Below the pieces are notes generated by a model. The model was not told the DNA's origin. It was given only the letters and a program-made list of their open reading frames with translations, and did no database searches. The position numbers were made by a program, and so were the translations under genes. DNA of 64,000 nt, from positions 6,760,001-6,824,000 of the forward strand of contig NC_045697.1 in the NCBI RefSeq assembly GCF_009834535.1, in the 5' to 3' direction. The stretch comes from Camelus ferus (Eukaryota). Position 1 is the stretch's first letter, and each line of letters starts with the position of its first letter. This document shows, piece by piece, positions 49,508 through 61,634 of this stretch.

Positions 49508-50155
49508 GATTCTTAAATACGGTTATTTTCTCTGTTTGAATATTGAAGGACTGCCTGCAATACGGCAATGGCAGCAGGAGTGTGAAAGGAAAGAATGACC
49601 ACAAGGGATACCAAAGAGGTGGTACAACAGGTTTGGCGGTTGATTAGGTGCAGTGCCGTGTGGAAGAAGGGAGGAAGTCGTAAAAAGCGACTGGTTTCTC
49701 TCTTGGAAGGTAGGAAGGCCTCCTGATGTCATTATCACCCTGCAGAGAGCCCCTGCCTTGTCCAAAGCCTGATCTAGGTTCCAGTTCCTTGACAGGAAAT
49801 TCACAAAGGACCCCAAGTTGAAACAAACTTCTCAATAACAAGTCCATGGCTCCTTGTTTTGACTCATTGTGACTTGGGCCAAAATGACTCGCCTATTTAG
49901 ATTCTAAATTTTTGAGACATTTCCATTCAAAATTTGCTTGGATATCTGGATTTGTGACAACAGGCTCATCTATAGTATCTAGTATCAGTCAGCCTCTCTG
50001 CTCCTTCACTGATTTCTGGCCGTAATACCCCCTACAGCTTGGCGGGTGAGTTAGAGGCTGTGGCTCTACCTGGCTGTCTGGTTTCTCCGTCCCTTCAGAG
50101 CCCCAGTGGTGCAGAGGATGCCCCTGCAGGAGTTAAGTGTCTACAAGCTGCCCAT

Positions 50156-50171
50156 CCACTTGGGGGCGCTG
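50156..50171 (+). promoter_or_regulatory. Candidate CTCF binding site
   Basis: ccacttgggggcgctg differs from the core CCACTAGGGGGCGCTG at one position; motif match only. Confidence 0.4.
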
Positions 50172-50621
50172 TTGTGGGTTGAACTGTGGGCTTCCAAGCT
50201 GACGTCCTAACCTCCATGACTTCAGATTGTGACCTTATTTGGAGATAGAGTCATTGCAGAGTAATCAGGTTAAGTGAAGTCTTTAGGTTAGGCCCTAATG
50301 TAATATGACTGATCGCTTATTAAAAGGGGAAATTTGGACACAGACACACAAATACAGGGTGAATGACACGTGAAGGTGAAAGCAAAGATTGAGGGATGTG
50401 TCTACACACCAAGTGACACCCAAAAGTGCTAGTAAAGCACTAGAAGCTAGGAGAGGGGCATGGAGTAAATGACCTCTCACAGCCAGCAGAAGGGAGGAAG
50501 CAAACCTGACAACACCTTGATCTCAGACTTCTAAGCTCCTGAACCCTGAGACAATAAATTTCTGTTGTTAAGCCCCTCAGTTTATGGTACTTTGTTATAG
50601 CAGCCCCCAAAAATAGATATA
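50170..50621 (+). mobile_element. MLT1C-type MaLR solo LTR
   Basis: tgttgtgggttgaactgtg...tgtgaccttatttggagatagagtcattgcag...gagacaataaatttctgttgttaagcc...tttgttatagcagccc. Confidence 0.9.
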
Positions 50622-51344
50622 GATGCCAAACATTTTTTTTTCCTTTTTCCTACATTTTTAAGGCTAAGTGAAGCCAAAAGGAAGAATGTAATACTCAAAA
50701 TTATCACTATTTTGCTATTAATCAAATTTTGCAAAGACCAATTATGTAGTAGAAATAAAATTAATCAAGACAGGGTTTTCTGAGAATCTTAGTTTTATTG
50801 ATCGTAATTCTTATTTGCAAATACTAGAAGCCCTCCACCAGTTAAATGGAAAATAAACTTATTCAAGGATATTAAGAAACACTGCGCTGTACTGACGGAT
50901 GGAGAGTAGGCCTCTGATGCTGTGCAGTCAAGGACAGTGTGTAATCACATTGCTAGGGCTTCTCTAGGAAGAACCCTACCCTTACTTTGGCACCTGTGTG
51001 TGAGTGGATGCCTGAAGGATTCTCTGCCTCCAGACCTGTCATGTCCTCGCACTGGTTATTTCCAAACCCAAGTCCAACCCAAAGAAACCATGTTGCAATG
51101 CCCCAACCCTAGCTGCAAATGTCATGGTGGGAATTTTCTGTCTTCCTCTTTAGGATGGCCAGACTTATATTTGTTTGAAATTATCAAAATAAATGGGAAA
51201 TGCTCCAGCCTCAACTCCATCAAAAGTATGTGGGAAAGAGCCTACATGCTTTCCGGGCCCGTGTTGTCACTAGGAAAATAGGTAACCAGACAACATAATG
51301 TGAAATATATCAGAATTTTTGTTTGTGTGTTCATGCAAAATGAA

Positions 51345-51600
51345 AATTAGCTGGAATAATATGATATCCTAGATGAGATCCTGGAATAGAAAAGGATAGC
51401 AAATAAAAACTAAGGAAATTTGAATAAAGCATGAACTTTAGCTAATAATGTATCCATTCCAGTTCATTGCTTTTGACAATGCACTGTACTCCTGTAAGAT
51501 GCTAATATAGGAGAAATTGAGTGGAGAGTATGTGAGAACTCTCTGCAGTCTTCACAATTTTTCTATAAACCTAAAATAAAATTCTAAAATTAAAGAGTTG
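51345..51600 (+). mobile_element. Old L1MC/MD-type 3' end
   Basis: atcctagatgagatcctggaatagaaaagga...gaactctctgcagtcttcacaatttttctataaacctaaaa. Confidence 0.75.
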
Positions 51601-51789
51601 ATTAAAATTGATTAAAATCATTTTTTTTCTCTGAGAAAGAAAACAGAAGTTTGTGATCATTTATATAAGAAAGAAAAGTGAGTCTCTGTACTGCTCTCCT
51701 CCACTTACAGGACCTGGAGAGGAAGGGGAAAGAAAATACTGTCATGTCAGACCTCAGCCAACCGTTCTTGGCCACTGATGTTGAGATGC

Positions 51790-52085
51790 AGGATGGATGA
51801 ACCTGGAGGACGTCGTGCTAAGTGAAATGACAGAAAGACAAATGCTACATGATTCCACATATATGAAGTATCCAAAATGGTCAGATTCATAGGTGTAAAG
51901 AATGGAATGGTGGTCACTGGGGTCTAGGGAGTTTGGGGAATTGATAATCAAGGAGTATAAAATTTCTGTTAGGCGAGATCTAAAGATGTGCTGTGCAGCT
52001 TTGTCCCTAGGGTCCACAATAGTACATCTTACCCTTTAAAGGTATAGGGCTCCTGATGATTGCTATTTCCAATGAAGTAAACTTA
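51790..52085 (+). mobile_element. L1MA/MB-type 3' fragment
   Basis: atggatgaacctggaggacgtcgtgctaagtgaaat...gacaaatgctacatgattccacatatatgaagtatc. Confidence 0.8.
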
Positions 52086-52524
52086 AATCAGTCTAAATAG
52101 GTGAGACAGGTTTGAGGAGGCTGGCTTTAACAAAGCACATGAATAAGTTACTGGACACAGGGCGAAAAAAGAGCACAGTTGTTCTGAATAATAAATTTAG
52201 AAAATCTAAGTGGGAAAGTCTTCAGGGACAGAAAGGGCTTAGCCATGTGGTGTGGCTGAGGGAGTTTTACAGCTAGGAAAACGCTTTCCACACCAAGCTC
52301 ACTAAAGAACAGTACATCAGCAAATTCTGGGAATGATTGTTGTTTGAATTCAAAGCAAAGGAGATAATTTCCCTATCTTGAAAATTTTCAGAGCAGGAAA
52401 GAGAGGAGAGTTTCGAGTGGTTATTCACAAAAGGAGAGCCAATGTCCAAAAGAACAAGAATGTAAATGCATAAGGAATTTAAGAGTGAACGGCCTATGGG
52501 ACTCTTGGGGTGAGCATTGGAAGT

Positions 52525-52842
52525 CACCATGGTCTGAATGTGTCCTCTAAAATTTGAATACCCAATGTGTTAACATTAGGAGGTGGGGCCTTTGGGAGAT
52601 GCTTAGGTCGTGAGGGTGGGGCCATCATGAAAGGGGTTAGTGCTCTTTTGGAAGAGACCCCACAGAGCTCCTACTATGCGAAGATACAACGAGAAGTCTG
52701 TGAGCTGAAAGAGGGTTTTTGCCTCACCAAGCTCCCTCTGATCTGAGAGCTCAGCTTCCCAGAACTGTGAGAAATAAATCTGTGTTTTTTATAAGCCACC
52801 AGTCTATGGTGTATGTTATAGCATCCCAAATGAACAGAGACA
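52525..52842 (+). mobile_element. MLT1A-type MaLR solo LTR
   Basis: atggtctgaatgtgtcctc...ttaggaggtggggcctttggga...ccagaactgtgagaaataaat...ataagccaccagtctatggt. Confidence 0.9.
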
Positions 52843-54497
52843 GAAGTCCCACAAAATGTGGGACTTCCATATAGATTTTATTTACACTTTAAAAGGGTGG
52901 CCTTAGCTGACAACTGTATTATGAAAAACCAAACCAAAGCGAAGTCCTGTAACCAGCCAGCAGCTCCATCGCCACGTAGGGATATTTAAACTTGGCTCAG
53001 GGAGGTAGTCTCTCATCTCTTGTCCTCAAGAAGGCGTGAGCATCATTTCCAGCCGTTTTGAAACTGATTGTGGCCACAAATGGTTTTCCAAAGCCAGTTC
53101 TTGGTAACTAGAGGGTGAATTAGGGAAGCACCTTCTGACACGTGTGCTCTTGGTTGCCCTAATTTTCAGAACTGAGGACTCTGGGATAGTGTTCAGAAAG
53201 TGGTTTTCTGAAAAAAAGAAAAAAAAAAAAGCTCTCATTTACCTTATTTTAAATATATTAACCTCTGAATCATTATTCTTGTTACCAGACCATCTTCTTA
53301 AAGACTGGAACTACTGGAGTGCTCAGTAGTCACCAGTAAACCCAAGATGACTTCCTGAAGTAAACACATTCACAGGAGAAATGCGCATAAGTCATGACCT
53401 TGCCATGGTGAATACAAACCCACAGTCTCCTGGTTCTAAATGGACACTTGTACGGATGAGCACAGGAGTTAATGGTCGTGATGAATTAAAAGTATCCTCT
53501 CATCCATTATCTATTTGAATTCTCAAAACAGTCTGCTAAGGTAGACGTTGCTGGGACAATTTTCCCTCTTTTTTGCAAACAGGAAACTGAAGCTCAGAAT
53601 TCACCAAACTCTTCAGGAAAAACAGAGCCAGAAAATAAACAACAACATTTATAAAGAGGGGAATTTTATTTCTCTTGGATTAGAGATGCTGTTAGTACCA
53701 CTTTCTAACTTGACATATCATTGGTATTCACTTGAAAGGATTTATTTATGAGAAAGTGAAGGGGGTTATATTGACCCCTTGTAAAATTTTTATTATTAAA
53801 ATGGTTTAACAAAATTGAGATTAGGTTCTAGGCTAAAATTTTGTTTAGCTTCCTCCAGGGAGATGTAGATCCTATTTTTAAAAGTTTAGGGAAGATTTGG
53901 AGTCATTCTACTAAACAAGGAAAATGAGAAAATCTGAATTAGAAAGACAATTGTGCTTATTAGTTTCTTTAAATTGAAACATTAAAACTTTATTGGAGAA
54001 ACAGTTTGTATTAATTAACTTGTGTTTTTTCTTCTCAAGCAAGATTATATCCAAGTTAAAACAAAGATTAAAATAGTACATGCTCTTTAATGTAAATACA
54101 AATTAATTTAATTTGTCCCTAATTAAGTGTTATCAGCAATCGTCATCTAAGCATTCATTTCTATTTATAAATAGAGAAAAACTATTATTTTTATCTTTCT
54201 CTTGCCTCTGAAGTTTCTCAAAGCCATATTATTACCAGATATTATTTGAAGAAAAAACCAAAAAAACATTAGTTTTCCTTTTAAACTCTGATTCTGAATC
54301 TGTGATGACTAATTATGCTTAATTTCTCTCCTTCAAAGTATTTCTGTTTGTTCCAAGATTCTTTTTTTCTCCTCTTAGACAGAGGTTCACACCTGCTCTC
54401 TGCAAGTAGAGGCATGTGGTGGGAAATCTGAGTTTGCATCTCACTGTAAGTCCGTCATTCTTTTCATGAAAGCTTGGTCCGTGTTCTAACACTTATA

Positions 54498-54665
54498 TCA
54501 GATAAACTACAAGGATATATTGTACAACACAGGGAATATAGCCGATATCTTATAACAATTGTAAGTGGAGTAGAGCCTTTAAAAATTGTGAATCACTACA
54601 TCATACACCTGTAACACATATAGTATATAAACTCTACTTCAATAAAATATGTAAAAAATAAAAGA
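54498..54665 (+). mobile_element. L1 extreme 3' end (L1_Art-like)
   Basis: agataaactacaaggatatattgtacaacacagggaatatagcc...aaaaattgtgaatcactac...tacttcaataaaa. Confidence 0.85.
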
Positions 54666-55299
54666 AACTGAAAAACAATAGGTGAGGAGCAAATCGAAAC
54701 ACATTTGAATGATGAATATTAAAAAAAAAGAGTCCAAATTTTTCATCATTTAGTTTTACTTATAACATTCAAAGCAAATGTATATAGCAAGATATGTTTG
54801 TTTAGAGTGGTTTAAATTTATGAATTCAGGCATTTCCTAAACTCAAAAGGTAATCTCTAGGAAGGAAGATAGGGTGACATATTTTCTTGCTGAAAACAAA
54901 ATGATAAAATGACATTAGATGGGCACCAGCTTATTTCAGAGAGACTACATGTTATTGAAGAAACAGCAGTGGCTTTGGGGCAAGGCAGAGCCTGATTTGA
55001 AATCTGCCTGCATCACTTACCAGCTGTGTGAACTGTCAGGGTTTTCTTAGCATCGTAAAGCCTTGTTGTTCTCATCTGTATTAGGGGATGGTGGTAACTG
55101 TTTCAGAGATACGCTGTCTCTAGCATCTTTGCGTTTTCCTTCTATGGTGCATTACTTCCATTAGAATATAAGATTCTTCTAAAAAAAGTTTTTGATCTCA
55201 ATTTTCCCTTCCAGCAATTGGTTCCATCCACATAAAACAACTTTAAGGAGCTTCACCTTCTTACTGTGAGATCGGTTTCCTCCAGTCTGCCTTTTGTCC

Positions 55300-57057
55300 C
55301 AGCACCATGTCAGGGACTCTATGAAATTCCTGTTGCCAAGCACCATGGACCCTTTTCTTACCCTTTTCTGCTTCTCAGGGGTATTTGTCAGCCCATCATT
55401 CTGTTCTTCTGGAAGCGGTCTTCTCTCCCTGCTCACCATATGAACAAGAAAATTGGTTTTCTTCCCACTTCACCAGCTGTTCCTCATGGGTCTCCTATGC
55501 AAGCTCCTTTTATCTCCCAACTCATAAATTCTGTAGGGCTTCCAGGCACAGGCGTGGGCTTCTTTCCTTGTTGATCTTCCGTTCCCAGGTAACACCAAAA
55601 TCCTAAGGCTTTGCATGCTGTCTGCATTTGGTGACTGTAAATTTAGGTCTCCACCTCATTACTTCTCTCTAGACTCACATGTCTGACTGCCTACATGTCT
55701 ATTTAGACATCTCAAAGTCATTTCAAATCACACGTACTCAAAAAAAAAAAAAAACACACAAAAGACAAAAAAGAAAAACTAAAAACTACACACACATACG
55801 TATACATACATCCGCTTCTACTTCAGACTTTTCCTTTCCCAGAAACTACACTGTTTTCAAGCCAATTATTAAATATCAATTCAGGTTAACTCCTCCTCAT
55901 TCCTTGTCAGTCACACTGAAGTTACCCGCAAGTCCTGGATGTCATCCTCCAAAACTCTACTGGTATTTCCCCATCTTTACTCATCCAAGCCATCATACCT
56001 TCTGTTATGGGTTGACTTGTGTCTCCCCAAAGTTCTTATGGTAAAGTTCTCACCTCAGAACCTCAAGTGTGCCCTGTCAGAAGATAGGGTATTTGCAAAG
56101 GTAATTAAGCTAAAGTGAAGTCATTAGGGTGGACGCTAATTTGATATGACTGTTGCTTTATAAAAACGGGGCATTTGGAGAAAGACTCACACACGGGAGA
56201 ATGCAGATGAAGGCGGAGATCTGGGTGATGTTTCTACAAGCCAAGAGATGCCGAAGACCACCAACCAGCCACCAGAAGCTAGGGAAGAGGCCTGGACCAG
56301 ATTCTCCCTCAGATCCCTCAGAAGAAGCCAATCCTGCCAACACCTTGACTTCAGACATCTAGCCTCCGGAACTGTGAGACAATCCATTTTTGTTGTTTAA
56401 ACCAGTGAATTTGTGAAACTTTATTACAGAAGACCTATATTCTTGCTCTTAATGGTTTCCAACCTTGTCTTGCACAGCAGCAAAAGTGATCGTAAAAAAA
56501 GAGAAGGTAATTCCAACCATGCCACGCCCTGTACCGATGCCTTCTCCTTGTGCTTAGAATAAAGCCCAAAATCTGTGTCATGGTTTATGAGAAGCCCAAT
56601 GTGATTTGATCCTACCTTATTTTTGAACATCATCTCATACAGTTCTTTTCTTCACTCAGTATAGTCAGTCATATCCATCTTCAGTCACTCCTTACAATAT
56701 TATAAAATCAATTCCTGCCTCAGGGCCTTTGTGCATGCCTTTTCTTCTGCCTGAGAGTTTCATGCCAGTTCTTCATGTGACTGCTTATTTCTCCTGATTA
56801 AGCTTTCTGCTTAAATGCTGAAATGCATTATCAGCAACACCCCCATCCCCATCTCAATGCACCTTTATTTCCACCTTAATATTATACAGAATGTTCACTT
56901 GTTCAATCATCTATCTATTCATCTATGTGTGTGTTTAAAGCCTATCTCTCTGAAAAATAAAAAATATCACAGTGTAAGATTCTTGCCTTCATATTTATTT
57001 CCAGTATCTGAAACATTGTAGTTCCCAAATAGTTTGTTGAGTGAACAAATAAAAGAA
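55300..57057 (+). mobile_element. L2 LINE fragments split by MLT1C
   Basis: cctgttgccaagcaccatggac..., ttgcacagcagcaaaagtgatc..., cctgcctcagggcctttgtgcatgc..., tail tttgttgagtgaacaaat. Confidence 0.75.
56003..56440 (+). mobile_element. MLT1C-type MaLR solo LTR
   Basis: tgttatgggttgacttgtgtctcccc...caagccaagagatgccgaagaccacc...ccaccagaagctagggaagaggcctggaccagattctccctcag. Confidence 0.9.
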
Positions 57058-57097
57058 TGGCCATCAATTATAAAATCAGTCTACATAGTGCCTACTT

Positions 57098-57750
57098 AAT
57101 TTACTCAACACACATTTATTGAGTTCCTTTTACGCATCAGGAACTGTTTCAGGCACTAGGAGTTCAGCATGAACAGGACAGCCCAAGTCTAAGGTTAGGA
57201 AAACAGCAGAGACAAGCTCAGAGAAAGGAGTGTGCCTGGCATATATGAGGAATGGTGTAAAGCCTGCTGAGGTGGGAGCAGACTAAGGGTAAGGCTTTGA
57301 AATATGGGAGAATCAGAAGACAGAAGAGACAAAAAACGAGTTTTTAGACTATAGACAAGCAAGGGTCCAAACAGAGAACAATTAGGTGTTTTAATACAGT
57401 GTGGAAGAGATATGAGGATGTCTTGAGCCAACAATAGTTTTGCCGGACAAGAGAAATGGTCATGTTCTAGGCAATTTTCAAAGTGAGCCCAAAAGCATAG
57501 CTGATGAATTGGATGTAGGTGGTATTAATCAAAAGAGAGCAGTTATGGATAATTCCGAGGTTCTTGACCCTGATAACTTAATAAATGGAATTGTCATTTA
57601 TTGAGATGAGGTCACCTAGGGGAGGAGTGGATTTCAAGGGAAAGATCGGGATCTGAGTTTTGGACGTGTTAAATTATAAGTGTCTATTAGACAACCAGAT
57701 GGAAATATTGGCTATATGAGTTTAAAGTTCAACAGAGGGGTCAGTTCAAA
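57098..57750 (-). mobile_element. L2 LINE 3' fragment
   Basis: atttactcaacacacatttattgagttcc...ggcactagg; later gagttttggacgtgttaaattataagtgtctattagaca. Confidence 0.8.
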
Positions 57751-58354
57751 TCAATAAGTGAATTTTGAGCCACGGGGTTTTGTATCTGGGCACTCTATTA
57801 GGACAGTGCTCACCACAATTTGCCATCAGCAGGTCATCATTGTTTATGGGCATATTGCTAATCTTTGCATTTCCTTCTGTGCAGTCAAGTTCAGGAATCA
57901 CTTTGATGTAAATAGTTTTATTGACATCTGATGCAATGGTGGCCATTTATTTGATTGATTAGAAGCGAACAGAAAACGATACTAAATTTCTATAATAGCC
58001 CATGTGATGTGAAGAGGGAAGCATTCTCTTCCAAATGTTTATTGGACAGTGTTTTAGCCAACAGACATTTATGGAAACTCCATTGTGTGTCAGCCATTGC
58101 CTGCATCCAGATTATATAATGAAAAACAGCAGGCACTCCTCAGACTTAAAGAATTCAGAATCTGTGCAAGAAACAGGCTTGCAGTGAAGAGCCCTTGCTG
58201 CAATCACCTTAGCGAGCTGGTGGGAGGTTCCAAGGAGGCAAAGTGTTGAATTATGTCCACACCTCTTATTTGTATCCTTTCTACATATGCAGAATTTAAA
58301 GCCAGAGGTGTCAAATGGCTTTCCCAAAGCACGGCTGGGCCTCAGATCCAGATT

Positions 58355-58718
58355 TTTTTCTTTTTCTTTTCCTCCTTATTATTTTTTTCAGCTCTATTGA
58401 GATATAATTGTCGTGCAGCACTGTGTAAGTTTAAGGTGTACAGCGTGGGGACTTGACTTACACATATTGTGGAATGACTACCACAATGAGTTTAATTAAC
58501 ATCCAGCACCTCAGATTGATACAAAAAGCAAAAACGTTTCTTTTTTTCCTTTGTGATGAGAACTTTCAGGATCTACTCTCTTAGCAGCTTTCAAATATAC
58601 GGTCCATCGGTACATCAGTGTTACCTATAGTGAGCAGGCTGTATGTTCTACCCTCAATGCTTATTTATCTCATAATTGGAAGTTTGGACCTTTTGACCAC
58701 CTTTATACAATTCCCCCC
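58355..58718 (-). mobile_element. L1MA9-like 3' end
   Basis: agctctattgagatataattg...cactgtgtaagtttaaggtgtacagcgtg...gtgatgagaactttcaggatctactctcttagcagctttcaaatatac. Confidence 0.85.
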
Positions 58719-59935
58719 AGATTTTCTATTTCTGAACATTGAACTGACCCATCTTGACTGCCTCTTAAGACTGACATTATTTTGAAAGGACGATGTCATA
58801 TGAGTCTTTGGTTCCTCCTTTGAAAAGCTGAGAAGAAAAGCAAGCACTTCCAAGCTGTCTATGTGCATTTTTAATGAACATTAAATGAATCGGTGTCTGA
58901 ATATGTGGTACGTTAAACACTGCTGTTCTGGCTCTTGCTGAGTGAACTCGGACAGCTCACTTACTGTCACAGAGCATCACTTTTCCCGTCTGTAAAACGA
59001 GAAGAATAACTGTTTTGTGAAGTTGGTGTGAGGATTAACAAAACGAAGTGTCCTGAGCAGAGTACTGAGCAGAACTTGACTCTAACTGTTGTCGTTATTA
59101 CTATGAAGACACTGAGGTAGTAAGATTTCCTTAGACTCATTTAAATTCTCTTGTCTTCAGTTTTCCATTAGTTAGTTCACTGGCCCAACAAATGGGAGAA
59201 TAAAATTTTAAGGGAAAAACAGGACACCTCTCCTACAAAGGTTAATTTTTACCATTTGTGAAGCACTGTTTTTCATGGCATGATCTCTTCTGTTTATTCC
59301 GATTTTTCTTCCTTCTGAAGAACTTATTGATAAGAATTTTTTAACTGTTAAAAAGTTAAGTATTGGAAATTAAAATCTGCATTTTCTTTCTAATGTCTAC
59401 TCTTATAAATAAAAATTCCATGAAAATGAAATGACTAGGGGGTGGGACTAATATCTATCTACCAAAAAATGGAAGCAATCTGTTCAATTTATTCAAAACT
59501 AGAAAGTGTATAGAGTGACTTGATGGTGTTTGAACAACTAGGGTGAATGGTAGGGGGAGGCGGGTTGTGAGAAAGAATATTTGTGGAGGATCTACTCAAT
59601 GTCCTACACTATTGGCTGCTTTTCATGTGTCTCTCTGCAAAACGTTTACATCCAGCTTGTTTTGACAGACAGGAAAACTGAAGGTCAGAGCGGTCAAGCC
59701 GTACGCCCTAAGTCACCTGAGTAGTAAAATAACCTGAAAACCAGGGGCATCTACTTCCAAGTCCTATTCTCTATCTATGACGTCATATTACCTTGATCAG
59801 CATTTATCATATGATTGTTGATGTTTATTTAGCACTTAATACATTGTGGCTTTTTGCTGGGCACTCAGAGAACACACAGAAGAAGATAAGCTTAAATTTG
59901 CAGTTGAGGGGTCAAGGCTAGCATCACTGACTCTC

Positions 59936-60145
59936 CTGACGGTTTCAATCTCAGCACTATCGACATTTGGGGTCAGATAATACTTTCTTGTGGATGGCTG
60001 TCCTGTGTATTGTTGTAAGTTCTGCAGCATTCTCGACTTCTATCCATCAGATGTCAGTAGCGTCCCTTAGCTGTGACAATTGAAATGTTTGCAGATATTG
60101 ACAAGTGTTCCCTGGATACAAAATCTCCTCTGGTTGAGAGCACTT
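59936..60145 (+). mobile_element. MER20 hAT-Charlie element
   Basis: tcaatctcagcactatcgacatttggggtcagataat...ggctgtcctgtgtattg...agctgtgacaa...cagatattgacaagtgttccctgg...ctggttgagagcact. Confidence 0.85.
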
Positions 60146-60849
60146 AGCAGCCTTGTCAGGTCAGACACCATCTCTGGTTAACTGGTTGTTACATCTATTG
60201 CCCAAGGACCAACCACAGAGATATTTAAATGCAAATCCTTTGACTGGGTGGTTCCTTGGTGATAAACTCTGGTTATTTCTTCCTTCCTTCCTGCACAACG
60301 TGTGCTTCCAGAAGCTTGAAACTCTTCAATATGGCACAAGAGAATTTAGTACCAGCTAAAGGCCACTTCCCTCCAAGCACCTTTGCCTGCCCTTTAAAAA
60401 AGTGAACTTGTGTCTTTCTCTGATAGTTATTCAAAGTTCTCCCCTTTCACATTCTGCTCTCCTAGAAATAAATTTATCTGTGCCCCAAGCTTAGGGTCTG
60501 CCTAGAATTCTGAGTTCTTTAGTAAATTAAGCTGCTCTCCCTCTGGGTGAGGAAGTATTTAGTACGGCTCTGAGGTCTTCGTCCTTTTCACTTATAAATG
60601 CTAGTGACCCTGTGTCCTGTTGTGGGTCTCATTGACTTGCTTTCCTCTCTGAGGTTACTTGTGTGTCATGTGTTCCCTCTCTGCCTCCTCAGCTCCTGTT
60701 CACTCCCTCCGTCCTGTACCCCGAGCAGAGTGACGGCCATCTGGGTCACCTGTGCAATTGCAGCACCTAGATCTTGGCCTGGCGTCAGTGTGTTAGTGTT
60801 GAATTAATTAACTCTGCCTTCATTTAATATTGTGCAACTTGGTTTGCTA

Positions 60850-61634
60850 AGCAGATGCCATCGATGCCCCGTCCACGTGTTCTCCACTCTCAGGGATTTT
60901 TACTGTCTTGGCCTGAGGAACCTCTCCGGCTTCAGGAGATGCTCAGCCTGTAAGTGGGGCAAGCCAGAATGCCAACGCCCCAGACCTCAGCCGTGAGCCT
61001 CCCAGCTCCTGCCAGCTCTGGGGGTGAGATGACTCGGAGGGGAGCTCTCTGAAGTCTCCCAGGGTCCTCAACGGGCTGAGCTGCCAAGGCCCACACAGGT
61101 CACCAGCTCATTAACCCACCTTCAGTGCCCTCCCTCCCTCCCTCCCCTGTCCTACATCTGCACCCTTTATTTTCATCATCCAGGATGGACATAACAAGGT
61201 ATCACAGACTAGGTGGCTCAAACAACAAAAATTTATGTCTGGAGGTTCTGGAGGCCAGAAGTCTGAGAGCAAGGTGTCCCCAGGACTGGTTTCTTCAGTG
61301 GTCTCGGCCTATCTGGCACAAGGCTGTCTTCTGTGCCTTCCCTCTGTGTTTCTGTGTCCCCGTTTATTTTTCTTACAAGGATTGCAGTCATATCAGATTA
61401 GGATCTACCCAAACGACCTCATTTTACCTTAACTACCTCTTTAAAAACTATCTTTAAATATAGTCACATCTGAGGGACTGAGAGTCAGGGCTGTAACATT
61501 TGCATTTGGGGGCAGGAGACACAGTTCAATCCATGACACCCTCTTGCCTCTATTTCTTGCTTTATTTCCCAAATTTACTTCTTGCCCTCAAATTTCTGTC
61601 TGTCAATTCTTCTGAGGGAACCCAAACTAAGACA
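60850..61634 (+). mobile_element. LTR16-type ERVL LTR split by an MLT1 insertion
   Basis: ttggcctgaggaacctctccggc...gggcaagccagaatgcc...agctcattaacccacctt, and 3' end ttcccaaatttacttcttgccctcaaat...gagggaacccaaactaagaca. Confidence 0.7.
61165..61538 (-). mobile_element. MLT1B/C-type MaLR LTR
   Basis: ataacaaggtatcacagactaggtggctcaaacaac...ttctggaggccagaagtctgagagcaaggtgtc...acacagttcaatccatgaca. Confidence 0.85.
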
